Below are positions 18,243 through 28,627 of a DNA stretch of 64,000 nucleotides, piece after piece. The DNA comes from Bermanella sp. (lineage in GTDB: Bacteria > Pseudomonadota > Gammaproteobacteria > Pseudomonadales > Oceanobacteraceae), in NCBI GenBank assembly GCA_034110565.1, contig JAWUYY010000033.1, forward strand, positions 11,374 through 75,373. Reading direction: 5' to 3'. The translations under genes were made by a program, and so were the position numbers. A model generated the notes under the pieces. That model did no database searches. It was not told the DNA's origin and was given only the letters and a program-made list of their open reading frames with translations. Each line of letters opens with the position of its first letter. The stretch's first letter is position 1.

Positions 18243-18483
18243 CTGTTTTAGGCCGTAACGCTCATGGTGTGTGGATTTTGGCCAGGGTTGCGTATTTGAT
18301 CATCCAATTATGTGCTCTGTTTTTTCTAGTATTGAAATTGTTTAACAAAGAGATACATCTTTTGCCCCATAATGGCTAAGCTATCCGCTTTATATGTTTC
18401 AATCTTGGGTTGCGCTTATTTAGGTGTGGCAAATAAGATAGAGATGTTCATCGATCAGCCCAAGCACAAACGAGAGAGGTCAC

Positions 18484-19140
18484 ATGGATTATCAATTAAC
18501 AAACGACGTTGCATTGATTTGTATTGACGATGGCAAGGCGAATGCCTTGAACCATGAGTTTATGGATGCGATGAATGACGCATTAGATAAAGCCGAAAAA
18601 GAAGCTAAAGCGGTTGTGATTACTGGCCGCGAAGGCATGTTCTCCGCGGGCTTTGATTTAAAAGCCCTAGCCAAAGGCGGGCAGCAAGCCACAGACATGT
18701 TGGAAAAAGGCATGGTATTGATGACACGCATGTATGGATTTCCTTTGCCGGTTATTTCAGCGTGTGAAGGCCATGCTATTGGCATGGGTGTGTTCATATT
18801 ATTGGCGTCGGATAATCGTCTTGGTGCGAATACTGAATATACAGTAAACCTACCTGAAACCGCTATTGGCATGCCATTTACGCCTGTATTGATGAGCTTA
18901 ATCAAAGATCGCATCGTCAATACACAGCAAACCATCGCCGTGATTCAATCGAAAAAATACACACCAAGTGAAGCGGTAAACGCCGGCATATTGGATCAGC
19001 TTGTTGAAAAAGATCAATTGCTAGACACTGCTATGACACTCGCTCAAGAATTGAGCAAGCTTCCTAAGGCATTTTACAAAACCAATAAGCTAGACCTACG
19101 TGGTGATAAGCTTAAGATTATGCAAGCCTCGTTAAAATAG
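18484..19140 (+). CDS. Crotonase/enoyl-CoA hydratase family protein
   Basis: DDGKANAL, FSAGFDL, GHAIGMG and LPETAIG motifs. Confidence 0.9.
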   Translation: MDYQLTNDVALICIDDGKANALNHEFMDAMNDALDKAEKEAKAVVITGREGMFSAGFDLKALAKGGQQATDMLEKGMVLMTRMYGFPLPVISACEGHAIGMGVFILLASDNRLGANTEYTVNLPETAIGMPFTPVLMSLIKDRIVNTQQTIAVIQSKKYTPSEAVNAGILDQLVEKDQLLDTAMTLAQELSKLPKAFYKTNKLDLRGDKLKIMQASLK

Positions 19141-19159
19141 TCTTGTAGGCGAGTTACCT

Positions 19160-19198
19160 AAAACCCTAGTTTGGTCCATGACGAAACTGGGGTTTTTT
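19160..19198 (+). terminator. Terminator
   Basis: AAAACCCTAGTTT...AAACTGGGGTTTTTT. Confidence 0.7.
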
Positions 19199-19283
19199 AT
19201 GTGCTTGGCATAAAGGCGGCCACAGGGGCGACATAACGTAATTTCATGTACAATCCCCAACCAATATCGAAACACAGTTTTAG

Positions 19284-20099
<816 letters not shown>

Positions 20100-20130
20100 T
20101 TTTTTAATATAAAACCTTAAATTGCGTAAT

Positions 20131-20169
20131 AAAAAAAACCGAAGTACGGCAACGTGCTTCGGTTTTTTT
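20131..20169. terminator. Bidirectional terminator
   Basis: AAAAAAAACCGAAGTACG-GCAA-CGTGCTTCGGTTTTTTT. Confidence 0.85.
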
Positions 20170-20213
20170 GTGGATGAGTGACTGAGTTTATTTATGATTT
20201 TATGTTGGTTGGC

Positions 20214-21107
20214 TCAAAGGTATCTTGCCAATAGGTCGTTAACGGCTAATGCAAACTCAGCCCCAGAATCTTCTTGTAAAAAGTGTCCACCTTTTAAAGT
20301 TTGATGAGGCATATTTTTACAACCAGGTACGCGCTTTTGAAACTCTTTGTCGAAGCCGCGCATAATTGGGTCACCATTACTAAAGAGCGTTAAAAAAGGT
20401 TTGTCCCACTTTTCAAGTATATGCCATGCATCACGGTTAGATTGAGATGCAGGATCGTCAGGTGTGGTCGGCACCATGCGAGGAAACGCACGGGTACCGG
20501 CTTTATATTTTGACGATGGAAAAGGTGCATCGTAGGCACGACGCTCGCCCTTGCTGAAATTTTTAAACGAACCTGCTTCAACAATACGAGCAATAGGGAA
20601 CCAAGGGCTGTAACGTGCAAACCCTCGCCAGATTTTAAAAACAGTGGGCACCTTGCCAGCATCCCCTGTTGGCAACATGCCGTTACCGATTGCGATGGCG
20701 CTAAAGCGGCTGTCATTTTCGGCGGCTAAGCGCAGGCCGATAAGTGAGCCCCAGTCTTGGCAAACTAAAGTGATATCATTTAGATGTAATTGATCAATAA
20801 AGCTTTGCATCCAATCCATGTGCTTTTTATAGGAGTAGTCTGAAATATCTGTCGGCTTATCGGATTTACCAAATCCAATTAAGTCTGGCGCAATCACGCG
20901 ATGGCCGGCGGCTACACATATTGGAATCATGTGTCGATACAAGTATGACCAACTAGGCTCACCGTGCATCATTAGAATAATTTTGCCATCTTTTGGGCCT
21001 TCATCTACGTAATGCATACGCATGCCGTCTACTTCAATGAAGTTGGGCTTAAAAGCATAGTTAGGTAGGTTCTTAAAGCGAGCTTCAGGTGTGCGAATCG
21101 ATTTCAT
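20214..21107 (-). CDS. Haloalkane dehalogenase (HLD-I type alpha/beta hydrolase)
   Basis: RTPEARF..LP.Y.F.P, HGEPSWSYLYR, QDWG nucleophile and GHFLQED motifs. Confidence 0.88.
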   Translation of the reverse strand: MKSIRTPEARFKNLPNYAFKPNFIEVDGMRMHYVDEGPKDGKIILMMHGEPSWSYLYRHMIPICVAAGHRVIAPDLIGFGKSDKPTDISDYSYKKHMDWMQSFIDQLHLNDITLVCQDWGSLIGLRLAAENDSRFSAIAIGNGMLPTGDAGKVPTVFKIWRGFARYSPWFPIARIVEAGSFKNFSKGERRAYDAPFPSSKYKAGTRAFPRMVPTTPDDPASQSNRDAWHILEKWDKPFLTLFSNGDPIMRGFDKEFQKRVPGCKNMPHQTLKGGHFLQEDSGAEFALAVNDLLARYL

Positions 21108-21133
21108 ATTATTTTTTTACTCTTCGATTTATA

Positions 21134-21748
21134 TTAAATAGATGACTTTAACTGTTGAATAAAAGCATCCACAGTGGGAATAAGTGTGCGGGTATCTTTA
21201 ACATGCTTTGCGGTCACTAATAAGCCCGTCATAAAAACATGTATTTGTAATAGCTGCTGTTTGATGTGTGCGGCGTTAGCCTCTTGTTTATTTAGTAGTA
21301 CTTTCTTCAAGGCGTTATTAATATAGCGATTGGCTTTATTAATCTCGCGATGAACGGGCGAATCACCTTGGCCAAGTTCGTTGGAGGTGTTAACTAATAA
21401 ACAGGCTTGATGGGCGACGGCTGTGGGTAACTGATGCACGCTAGACGTTAAGAAATAATGAATGCGAACAAAGCCTGAATCGACTGTTTGTTTATTTAAA
21501 AATGCAGGCTCGTCGGCCAGCAAAATATTGTCTACACGGGGTTTAATAATCTGTTTGAAGTAATGTTTTATGGTTGCTGCGAATAAGTCCTCTTTCCCGC
21601 CAAATTCATTATAGAGTGTCCCTGTCGTTAAGTTAGCGGCTTTAGCCACATCTCTTACGGAAGTACCTTGGAAACCTTGGCGCCAAAATAAACTAATAGA
21701 TTGATCAAGTAGGCTATTGATGTCGAATGTCTTGGGTCTGCCTATCAT
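21134..21748 (-). CDS. TetR/AcrR family regulator
   Basis: GRPKTFD...FW.QGF.GTSV.DV...TLY.EFG.KE.LF. Confidence 0.92.
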   Translation of the reverse strand: MIGRPKTFDINSLLDQSISLFWRQGFQGTSVRDVAKAANLTTGTLYNEFGGKEDLFAATIKHYFKQIIKPRVDNILLADEPAFLNKQTVDSGFVRIHYFLTSSVHQLPTAVAHQACLLVNTSNELGQGDSPVHREINKANRYINNALKKVLLNKQEANAAHIKQQLLQIHVFMTGLLVTAKHVKDTRTLIPTVDAFIQQLKSSI

Positions 21749-21773
21749 GGGAAATTAAGCTCGGGTATCTATT

Positions 21774-21803
21774 TATAATCAGTGTTATATAACGGTTGTT
21801 TTA
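21774..21803. promoter_or_regulatory. Putative tandem TetR operators
   Basis: TATAATCAGTGTTATA overlapping TATAACGGTTGTTTTA (TATAA-N6-TTATA type) just upstream of tetR. Confidence 0.5.
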
Positions 21804-22092
21804 AAAGTGCAATAAATGACTGAGGCACAATGGATTGAGGGATGGCAAAAAATTCTGGTTAAAGAGCGCCATAAGAAAATGTGTGGCTTTAATTGTCATT
21901 AATATATGAACGAATATTTCTTTAGATAGATCTCATTTAAATCAAACAGTTAGCTTGATTGGATTGTTTATTTTGACAGCGCGTACCAAGTGTATGGCAT
22001 GAGAGGTCAATATCAGCATATTGGTGCTGGATATAGTGGATTGCTTATCCAATTTAGTTGGGTAAGTCATCCTCTATTAAGGAAGTACCAAT

Positions 22093-23121
22093 ATGATAAA
22101 AATAAAAACAATGCCCCCTGTATCCCTGTTTATAAAAACACTCCTCCTTGTGCTGCTGACATCCAGTTACGCTTATGCGGATACATCCGTCAATGTTGAT
22201 CGAGTGAGGTGGAAAAAAGGATTGTTTAACTGGACAGACCACGATCAATATCCGCAGTGGAAGCAAGAAGGTATCTGGACGGAAAACCGTAAAAAAACCT
22301 ATGTGTCTAAATATATTACACCCAGTAAAGGCAACACAAAAACAATGGTCATGTTGATTGCAGGTCAACAAGGCTCGTCAGGTAGCTCCGGTGGCTCGAA
22401 CTGTTTGACAGGACAAAATCAAAGCTGGGACTCAGGCTGGGGGAAAGGTGATAAAACGAAATCGACCAATATTAAAAGCCTGTCTTTGTCAGATAGATTA
22501 ATAAACTCTGGTCACATAAACCCTTATGAAACTTTTTTCTCAATAGTATTGAATTCCAATTTCAATTGGGAAGCTACCTCAAACGCCAAAGATAAAGCAG
22601 AAGAAGCCTTCACCGATTGGTTGTTAACCCATGGTGAGAGCCAAAATGTAGAACGCATTATTTTATTGGGCTCGAGTCGTGGTGGCGCTTTGGCCATGAG
22701 AATGTCAAAAAATATTAAGCAACGGTCAGGCTGGAATAATGTACCTGTTTATGTGGGTTTATTGGATGCAGTGCCTAATGAAGGGCAAGACGAATTAAAA
22801 ACACAGGGGCAGCCAAGTTGTACCAACCCATTAAATGGGGGTTATTACTCTCGCAAAGCTAACTTAAACAGTTTCTTTGGTTCATTAAATAAGCCTGATA
22901 TTTTTCATATTATCACGGGCGCACCTGTCATTGGTTTTATTGATGCCGTACATAGCTTTTGTGCAGACGAGTCATCTTGGTATCAGCAAACTTGGGCTAA
23001 TCTAGAACATAAAGAAATTGGGCGCTGTAATACTAGTGAAGGCGGCGCTTATGAAACAGCGAAAATGAACGCCGGTATTGTGCCGCTGTATAACTGGGTG
23101 ATTGAAAAACTGTATGAATAA
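22093..23121 (+). CDS. Secreted hypothetical protein, probable alpha/beta hydrolase
   Basis: Signal peptide ending AYA; ILLGSSRGG nucleophile-elbow-like motif; VGLLDAV; late His; several Cys. Confidence 0.6.
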   Translation: MIKIKTMPPVSLFIKTLLLVLLTSSYAYADTSVNVDRVRWKKGLFNWTDHDQYPQWKQEGIWTENRKKTYVSKYITPSKGNTKTMVMLIAGQQGSSGSSGGSNCLTGQNQSWDSGWGKGDKTKSTNIKSLSLSDRLINSGHINPYETFFSIVLNSNFNWEATSNAKDKAEEAFTDWLLTHGESQNVERIILLGSSRGGALAMRMSKNIKQRSGWNNVPVYVGLLDAVPNEGQDELKTQGQPSCTNPLNGGYYSRKANLNSFFGSLNKPDIFHIITGAPVIGFIDAVHSFCADESSWYQQTWANLEHKEIGRCNTSEGGAYETAKMNAGIVPLYNWVIEKLYE

Positions 23122-23206
23122 TTAAAGGCTTTAATTTAGCGTGATGAGATTGATGCGATACAAGTATTATCCGTCCTTGTGTCGCATCAATTTTTATTAA
23201 TAAAAG

Positions 23207-23929
23207 CTAGTCCACATGAGCAATGTAAGCAGAGTTGGAGGACTGCTCTCCTGTGTAGGGATTATCAAAATACACCATGTGGGTTTCGACCTGTGGGAAA
23301 ACGGTTTTTAACACATTTACGAAGGTTTCATCAGGCGCTTCGTCAGACCATAAACCAAATACACCGCCACTGTGAATTTTCGCTTTCATGGCGTTTAAAC
23401 TGTCGGTGGTATAAAAACGGCTGTTTTCTGGGTTGAGCCAATAGCTGGGTGTATGGTCAATATCCAACAATACGGCATGTACTTTGTCGTTGCCTGCACT
23501 GCCATCAAAGTTGGTGTTATCGGCGGTGGCAAATTCAAAGAAATCACCTAGAGCATAACGACAGCGAGGATCATTTGTTAACTCATCACCTAATGGGACT
23601 AAACCTTGTTCGTGCCAACGAATGACGGGCTCCATGACATCCACGACACATAAGCTTTTCACATTTGGAAAATCCAGCGCGGCTTTTGCGGTGTAACCTA
23701 AACCGAGTCCGCCGACCACTACATCTATGTCTTTTCCTGTGAATTTAGCGAGGCCTAATTTGGATAGCTCTACTTCCGCTTCGACAAATAAACTGGACAT
23801 TAAAAACTCGTCGTTCATTTTCACTTCATAAAGGACTTTATGATTTAAACGAGGTTCAGAGCGTTTGCGTAAGCTAATAGCACCCCGAGGAGTGACTTGA
23901 TAGTCGATTTCTTCAAATACAAAGGTCAT
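23207..23929 (-). CDS. Spermidine synthase-like SAM-dependent methyltransferase
   Basis: EFLMSS, VVVGGLGLGYT and LLDIDH motifs; start refined. Confidence 0.8.
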   Translation of the reverse strand: MTFVFEEIDYQVTPRGAISLRKRSEPRLNHKVLYEVKMNDEFLMSSLFVEAEVELSKLGLAKFTGKDIDVVVGGLGLGYTAKAALDFPNVKSLCVVDVMEPVIRWHEQGLVPLGDELTNDPRCRYALGDFFEFATADNTNFDGSAGNDKVHAVLLDIDHTPSYWLNPENSRFYTTDSLNAMKAKIHSGGVFGLWSDEAPDETFVNVLKTVFPQVETHMVYFDNPYTGEQSSNSAYIAHVD

Positions 23930-24070
23930 GCTGGAGGGCCTATTAGAGTGCAGGGTTATCATACGGATAAAGCCGATTTCAGGCGAGGGTGGAGAAGCTT
24001 TATTTTAGTCAACGTTGTGTCATATTTTATGGTTAACTTATAGGCTTTAGTGCTAAGTGAATGAAGAGTA

Positions 24071-24607
24071 ATGAAATATTTAATAGCGTGCCTGGTATTA
24101 ACGGGATTGATGGCGTGCTCAAATAATAAGATCACCGCAGCAGGTGTCATTGCCTACACTGAGCAAGACGGCCAGCCGTATATCTTGCTGGCAGATCATA
24201 CAGGGTTAGGGGCTTACCGAGGTTACGCTGCATTTGGTGGGGGCCTAGAAGAAGGTGAAACCTTGGAGCAGGGCGCGCTTAGGGAGTTTCATGAAGAGAC
24301 GGCGTGTCATTTCTTAGGTCAAATTCAATCGGTTTCTAAAGAGTATGTTCGCAATCACAATTATGTAAGTTTTGTGGTGCGCGTTCCATTTATCTCCAGC
24401 GAGCAACTCAACCAAGGGTCTCAAGCTGACGAGTGTGCCGGATCTGTTTACTCAGAGCGGGCTAATTGGATTTGGGTGGAACAAGGGGCGCTGCTAGAGC
24501 AGTTACAAACAGGGGATGGTTTTAAGAACGATCAAGTGGATTTAAAACTTTGGGATAAATCCACTGTTATTATTAAACAAGCCGCGCAACAAGGTTTACT
24601 ACCTTAA
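24071..24607 (+). CDS. Nudix hydrolase lipoprotein
   Basis: Lipobox LMAC; Nudix box GGLEEGETLEQGALREFHEET. Confidence 0.8.
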   Translation: MKYLIACLVLTGLMACSNNKITAAGVIAYTEQDGQPYILLADHTGLGAYRGYAAFGGGLEEGETLEQGALREFHEETACHFLGQIQSVSKEYVRNHNYVSFVVRVPFISSEQLNQGSQADECAGSVYSERANWIWVEQGALLEQLQTGDGFKNDQVDLKLWDKSTVIIKQAAQQGLLP

Positions 24608-24619
24608 TATGCTTAGGGG

Positions 24620-25399
24620 TTAAAGCTCGACCTTTCCTTGTGCCATCACTTCACCTAGTTGCCATAGACGCCATTCGCCGGGCTCAAAAATGTGCCAGGC
24701 TTCATCTGTAGTGAGCGGCTCGGTAGCAATGATACTGACCACATCATTGGGTGTGGTTTCGCCGGCAAAATCCACAGTGACATCCGCGTCTTTTAATTGA
24801 GCGGCACCAAAGGGGGCGCGGCGAGTAATGCAGGCAAGCTTGGTACTGCAAAAACTAAACAGCCAATCTCCATTGCTTAATAAGCAATTAAACACACCTT
24901 GGGTGGCGTATCCTTGGGCCAGTGCGGTGAGTGTCTCACTTAATTGATTGAGCATGGCATCACGGGGGAGATTCTGACGAACTTGATTCATTAGATCGCA
25001 AAAAATACTTTCGCTGTCGGTTTCTCCAATGGGTTCGTACATACCTACAGGGCGTACAAAGTTTTCAACTTGGCCATTATGGGCGAACACCCAGTTTTGT
25101 CCCCATAGTTCCCGTACAAATGGGTGAGTATTAGCTAAGCAAATATTGCCCACGTTCGCTTGGCGAATATGGCAGATAGCGGTCTTACTTTTGATGGGCA
25201 GTGTTTGCACAAAATTAGCCACCTCAGAGGCCGAGCTTGCGGCTGAATCATGAAACGTGCGTATGCCTTTGCCTTCAAAAAATGCCACGCCCCAACCATC
25301 TGCATGGGGGCCCGTGTTACCGCCCCGTTGAGTTAAGCCGGTAAAGCTAAAACATAGGTCGGTGGGTGTGTTGGCACTCATGCCCAAAAGTTCACACAT
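24620..25399 (-). CDS. Class II glutamine amidotransferase (YafJ/DUG3-like)
   Basis: MCELLGMS, HADGWG, NTHPF.RE, FAHNG and GETDSE motifs. Confidence 0.92.
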   Translation of the reverse strand: MCELLGMSANTPTDLCFSFTGLTQRGGNTGPHADGWGVAFFEGKGIRTFHDSAASSASEVANFVQTLPIKSKTAICHIRQANVGNICLANTHPFVRELWGQNWVFAHNGQVENFVRPVGMYEPIGETDSESIFCDLMNQVRQNLPRDAMLNQLSETLTALAQGYATQGVFNCLLSNGDWLFSFCSTKLACITRRAPFGAAQLKDADVTVDFAGETTPNDVVSIIATEPLTTDEAWHIFEPGEWRLWQLGEVMAQGKVEL

Positions 25400-25435
25400 G
25401 GTTCTTCGCTAGTTAATTCAAAAGTTAAGGCTAGT

Positions 25436-26596
25436 TTACTGTAAGTTTGCTCTGAGTACTCGCAGCATGTTTTCTCCCATGACTTTTTTGATTTCGGTTT
25501 TAGTGAAGCTTTGCGTGAGCATTTCATGGGTAAGGGCAGCCAGTTCAGAGGTATCAAATTGTGCGGCGATGGAGCCGTCGTAATCAGAACCTAAAGATAC
25601 ATGGTCCACCCCTAGTAAATTGATGGCTGCACGTACGGTTTTAACGACCCCTTTTGGGGTATCGTCACAGGTCACATCGCTCCAGTACCCTATGCCGATA
25701 ACGCCACCGTTTTTTGCGATGACTTGCATCAGGCTGTCTGGAATATTGCGCTTGGTTTGGCAGTGGCTGTGAATCCCTGTATGGCTTAATACTATGGGTT
25801 TGTTCACCATGGCCAGCACGTCTTTAACCACTTGATGAGAAGAGTGGGCAACATCGATAATCATGTGCTTTGCAATCGCACGTTTGATTACTTGTTTACC
25901 GAAAGTCGTCAGTCCCGCATGGGTTTTCCCATGTAAAGATCCGCCCAATTCATTGTCGAAAAAATGCTGTAAGCCAATTAAGCGGTAACCTGCTTTGTAG
26001 AGTTTATCGAGGTTATCCAGTTTTCCCTCTAAAGGGTGTGCGCCTTCCATGCCCATGATGGCGCCGGTGATTTTGATGTCTTTATTTCTAAGTATGAAAA
26101 TTTCATCTAAATCTTTTTTGGATTTGATAATACGAATTTGCCCAGGTGCTTTTAGCTCTAAGTCGTGCAATCGCTTTACTTGATATAAGGCTCTCTCAAA
26201 TACGCTATTCCACGTTTTCAGTGGCCAGGTTTGGGCCATAATTAGAGGGGTAATATTATCGGCAGCTTCTTTCGAGTTAGATTCGTAATTCTGACTTCTC
26301 GGGCTTTTGGTGACAGCGGTGAAAACTTGCAGCGCAACATTGCCTTTTACTAGGCGTGGGAAGTCCACATGACCGTAATCCTCTTGTGTAAGTAGATCGC
26401 GGTCCCACAATAATGAATCGGTATGCCAGTCGCCGATGACTAGCGCATCATGTAGAGCCTGCGCCGTGTGGGAGACAGGCCAAGGTGAATGAGGTTTGAT
26501 GGTATTCAGGGATTGCTCAACACAAGGAGGGGCAATCCATAAAAACGCGGCGACCAGTAAAAAAAGGCCAATAATTGAGCTGATTATTATTTTCAC
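25436..26596 (-). CDS. Membrane dipeptidase (peptidase M19)
   Basis: D.H.D, EGAH, IDVAH, SHTG and GSDYDG motifs; N-terminal anchor. Confidence 0.9.
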   Translation of the reverse strand: MKIIISSIIGLFLLVAAFLWIAPPCVEQSLNTIKPHSPWPVSHTAQALHDALVIGDWHTDSLLWDRDLLTQEDYGHVDFPRLVKGNVALQVFTAVTKSPRSQNYESNSKEAADNITPLIMAQTWPLKTWNSVFERALYQVKRLHDLELKAPGQIRIIKSKKDLDEIFILRNKDIKITGAIMGMEGAHPLEGKLDNLDKLYKAGYRLIGLQHFFDNELGGSLHGKTHAGLTTFGKQVIKRAIAKHMIIDVAHSSHQVVKDVLAMVNKPIVLSHTGIHSHCQTKRNIPDSLMQVIAKNGGVIGIGYWSDVTCDDTPKGVVKTVRAAINLLGVDHVSLGSDYDGSIAAQFDTSELAALTHEMLTQSFTKTEIKKVMGENMLRVLRANLQ

Positions 26597-26629
26597 TCTA
26601 GGCTCTTTTAAGTTGTTTTAGTTATGTAA

Positions 26630-27082
26630 TTAAATGAAGCGCCCTGCACTGGCCACAATAATGGTAACAATACCGATGGCTAGATTAATGCCCACCATTT
26701 TACGAATGATATTCAGTTGTGCGGCGCCTGCCGGCCAATCTTGCTGATCAACCGCTTGCTTTAAACGCTTGAACGGGGCAAAAAATACATGGCCAAAAAT
26801 GGCAAACATAATATAGCCTAGCAGTAGCATGATGTGTACATGCATACCAACCAGCTTCATGCCACCATACATCGCGATCATGTAGTGTCCGCTAAGGATT
26901 AAAATAGCAATTGTCAGTAGCACCCATTTAAAGAAGCGATCAAATACACCGCGCCAAAGAGTGAGTCGATGGGCGGGTTCCAATACAGTGGCGGCTACAG
27001 GGCGCAAGCAAACGTAAGCGAAAAACATACCGCCTACCCAAATGCACGCGGCTAAAATATGTAAGCTAATCGCAATGGCCAT
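26630..27082 (-). CDS. CopD-like four-TM membrane protein
   Basis: LH.LAA..WVGGMFF motif; start refined. Confidence 0.75.
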   Translation of the reverse strand: MAIAISLHILAACIWVGGMFFAYVCLRPVAATVLEPAHRLTLWRGVFDRFFKWVLLTIAILILSGHYMIAMYGGMKLVGMHVHIMLLLGYIMFAIFGHVFFAPFKRLKQAVDQQDWPAGAAQLNIIRKMVGINLAIGIVTIIVASAGRFI

Positions 27083-27209
27083 GATGTTTCCTTTATACTT
27101 TATTAGTGTGTAACGAATAGTGGCGATTATTCCACGCTTGGGCAAGGTTTAAACAGAACTTCCATTGTCTGAAGTATTCTGACTAGTACGATTAACAGGA
27201 GAAGAGCGT

Positions 27210-27887
27210 ATGTTGAAGCAAATAGGGTTGGTAAGTGGGCTGGTGGTTTGCGCCAGTTTAGCTGGGTGTTTTCCGTCGGATAGCACTCAGTTGTATACTC
27301 AAGCTCAAGGGGAGGTCGCTCTTAAAGCCGATCAATACACCATACAGTTGGGGTTTACCGAGCAAGCCAAAAGCAGCGAAGCGGCACTGGCTAACTTAAA
27401 TACAAATTTGACGGCCTTTATTAAGTGGAAAAACGCATCGGGTTTTGATGTGGTGACACAAGCTGAATCGGTGCAGCCTATGTATCATTACCCTAAAGAT
27501 GGCCAGCGCCAGCTCGACGGGTATCAAGCGCAGCATAGCTTTAAAGTGAAAGGTTTGAGCTTGCAGCAATATGATTCAACTATGAAAAAGCTGGCCAGCT
27601 TTAAACCTGAGTCCTTGTATCAAGGAGAAGTAGGAGTAAGCGAAAGCATTCGCAAACAAACCATGCAGCAAGCTTATGAATTAGCGTATACAGGCAATAA
27701 AGAGAAGTTAAAAACCTTAACTGGGCTGGCTAAATTATGTTGGCCAAGTGTGATAGAGATTAAAGAACACACCAATTCTCACGGCGCGCCACGGGCCATG
27801 ATGATGGAGGCAAAATCTGCACCGGTCGCCAACGAACATACGATATCGGTGCGCTTAGAGATAATTTGGCAAGCCAGCGCCTGTTAA
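27210..27887 (+). CDS. SIMPL (DUF541) domain lipoprotein
   Basis: Lipobox LAGC; G.V...D, V.P.Y.Y...GY.A...V pattern. Confidence 0.7.
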   Translation: MLKQIGLVSGLVVCASLAGCFPSDSTQLYTQAQGEVALKADQYTIQLGFTEQAKSSEAALANLNTNLTAFIKWKNASGFDVVTQAESVQPMYHYPKDGQRQLDGYQAQHSFKVKGLSLQQYDSTMKKLASFKPESLYQGEVGVSESIRKQTMQQAYELAYTGNKEKLKTLTGLAKLCWPSVIEIKEHTNSHGAPRAMMMEAKSAPVANEHTISVRLEIIWQASAC

Positions 27888-28330
27888 TTGACGGCTTCAG
27901 CTAAATTTTGGAAGTAAGGAGCGGGCTCCCCAGTTTCACAAAACTGCTTAAGCTGAGTCATTAAACTGCCCCAAGTGCTGTTGCATAAGGGAAACAGGCC
28001 ATAGTCGGTCTGCCAGTTCATGTGTTTAAAGTCCAGAGTGCAGGTATTGTCGTCACCTGGGGTTATCTCCCACCACAACTCGGTGCCAAGCCATTCCTCT
28101 GGGCCTCCGATGCATTGCCAAAATACTCGTTGATTAGGCAATAGGCGAGTGGCCTCCACGGTGACGTGGGTTTTACCTTCATCAAACCAAAATGTGCAGT
28201 GCCCGCCTTCGTGGGCGGTGGTTTCGCAGGTGTCGGTCCACCAGCCCTTGATGCCGTTCGACTGAGTGATTGCATCATAGACGATGGCTGGGCTCGCCTC
28301 GATGATCACTTGATGTAAGCTGTCTGCCAT
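27884..28330 (-). CDS. SRPBCC/AHSA1 domain protein
   Basis: I.A.P..VY.A......GWW, EWLGT, F.H..W and CNSTWG motifs. Confidence 0.88.
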   Translation of the reverse strand: MADSLHQVIIEASPAIVYDAITQSNGIKGWWTDTCETTAHEGGHCTFWFDEGKTHVTVEATRLLPNQRVFWQCIGGPEEWLGTELWWEITPGDDNTCTLDFKHMNWQTDYGLFPLCNSTWGSLMTQLKQFCETGEPAPYFQNLAEAVN

Positions 28331-28509
28331 GACTTACCTCATATGTTAAGTGGTCAAAAAAACCACAGGTAGCCGTTTTATGCAAAACGCTGGCCATTTT
28401 TTGTACAGTTGATGTCGGTCTATTTACTCAGGCATTTCCTAGGGGAAAACGCATGGACTTTGTTGGCCGTCTAACGTACAATGCGCACCTAATTTGCACA
28501 GGTGGGCCG

Positions 28510-28572
28510 ATGCTAGATTCAGCGCCCAACCTCCAGCCAAAGATATTATTTAGAAAGCGGGATAGGGTTTAA
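28510..28572 (+). CDS. Putative carA leader peptide [20 protein letters not shown]
   Basis: 20-codon ORF preceded by AGGTGG; its stop lies in the attenuator loop. Confidence 0.5.
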   Translation: MLDSAPNLQPKILFRKRDRV

Positions 28573-28590
28573 CCTTTGTCCCGCTTTTTT
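28554..28590 (+). terminator. Attenuator (intrinsic terminator) in the carA leader
   Basis: AAAGCGGGATAGGG-loop-CTTTGTCCCGCTTTTTT, 37 nt before the carA start and downstream of a TACAAT -10. Confidence 0.75.
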
Positions 28591-28627
28591 GCGACTTGTC
28601 CACTTGCAATGTCACGAGGAAGAAGCC

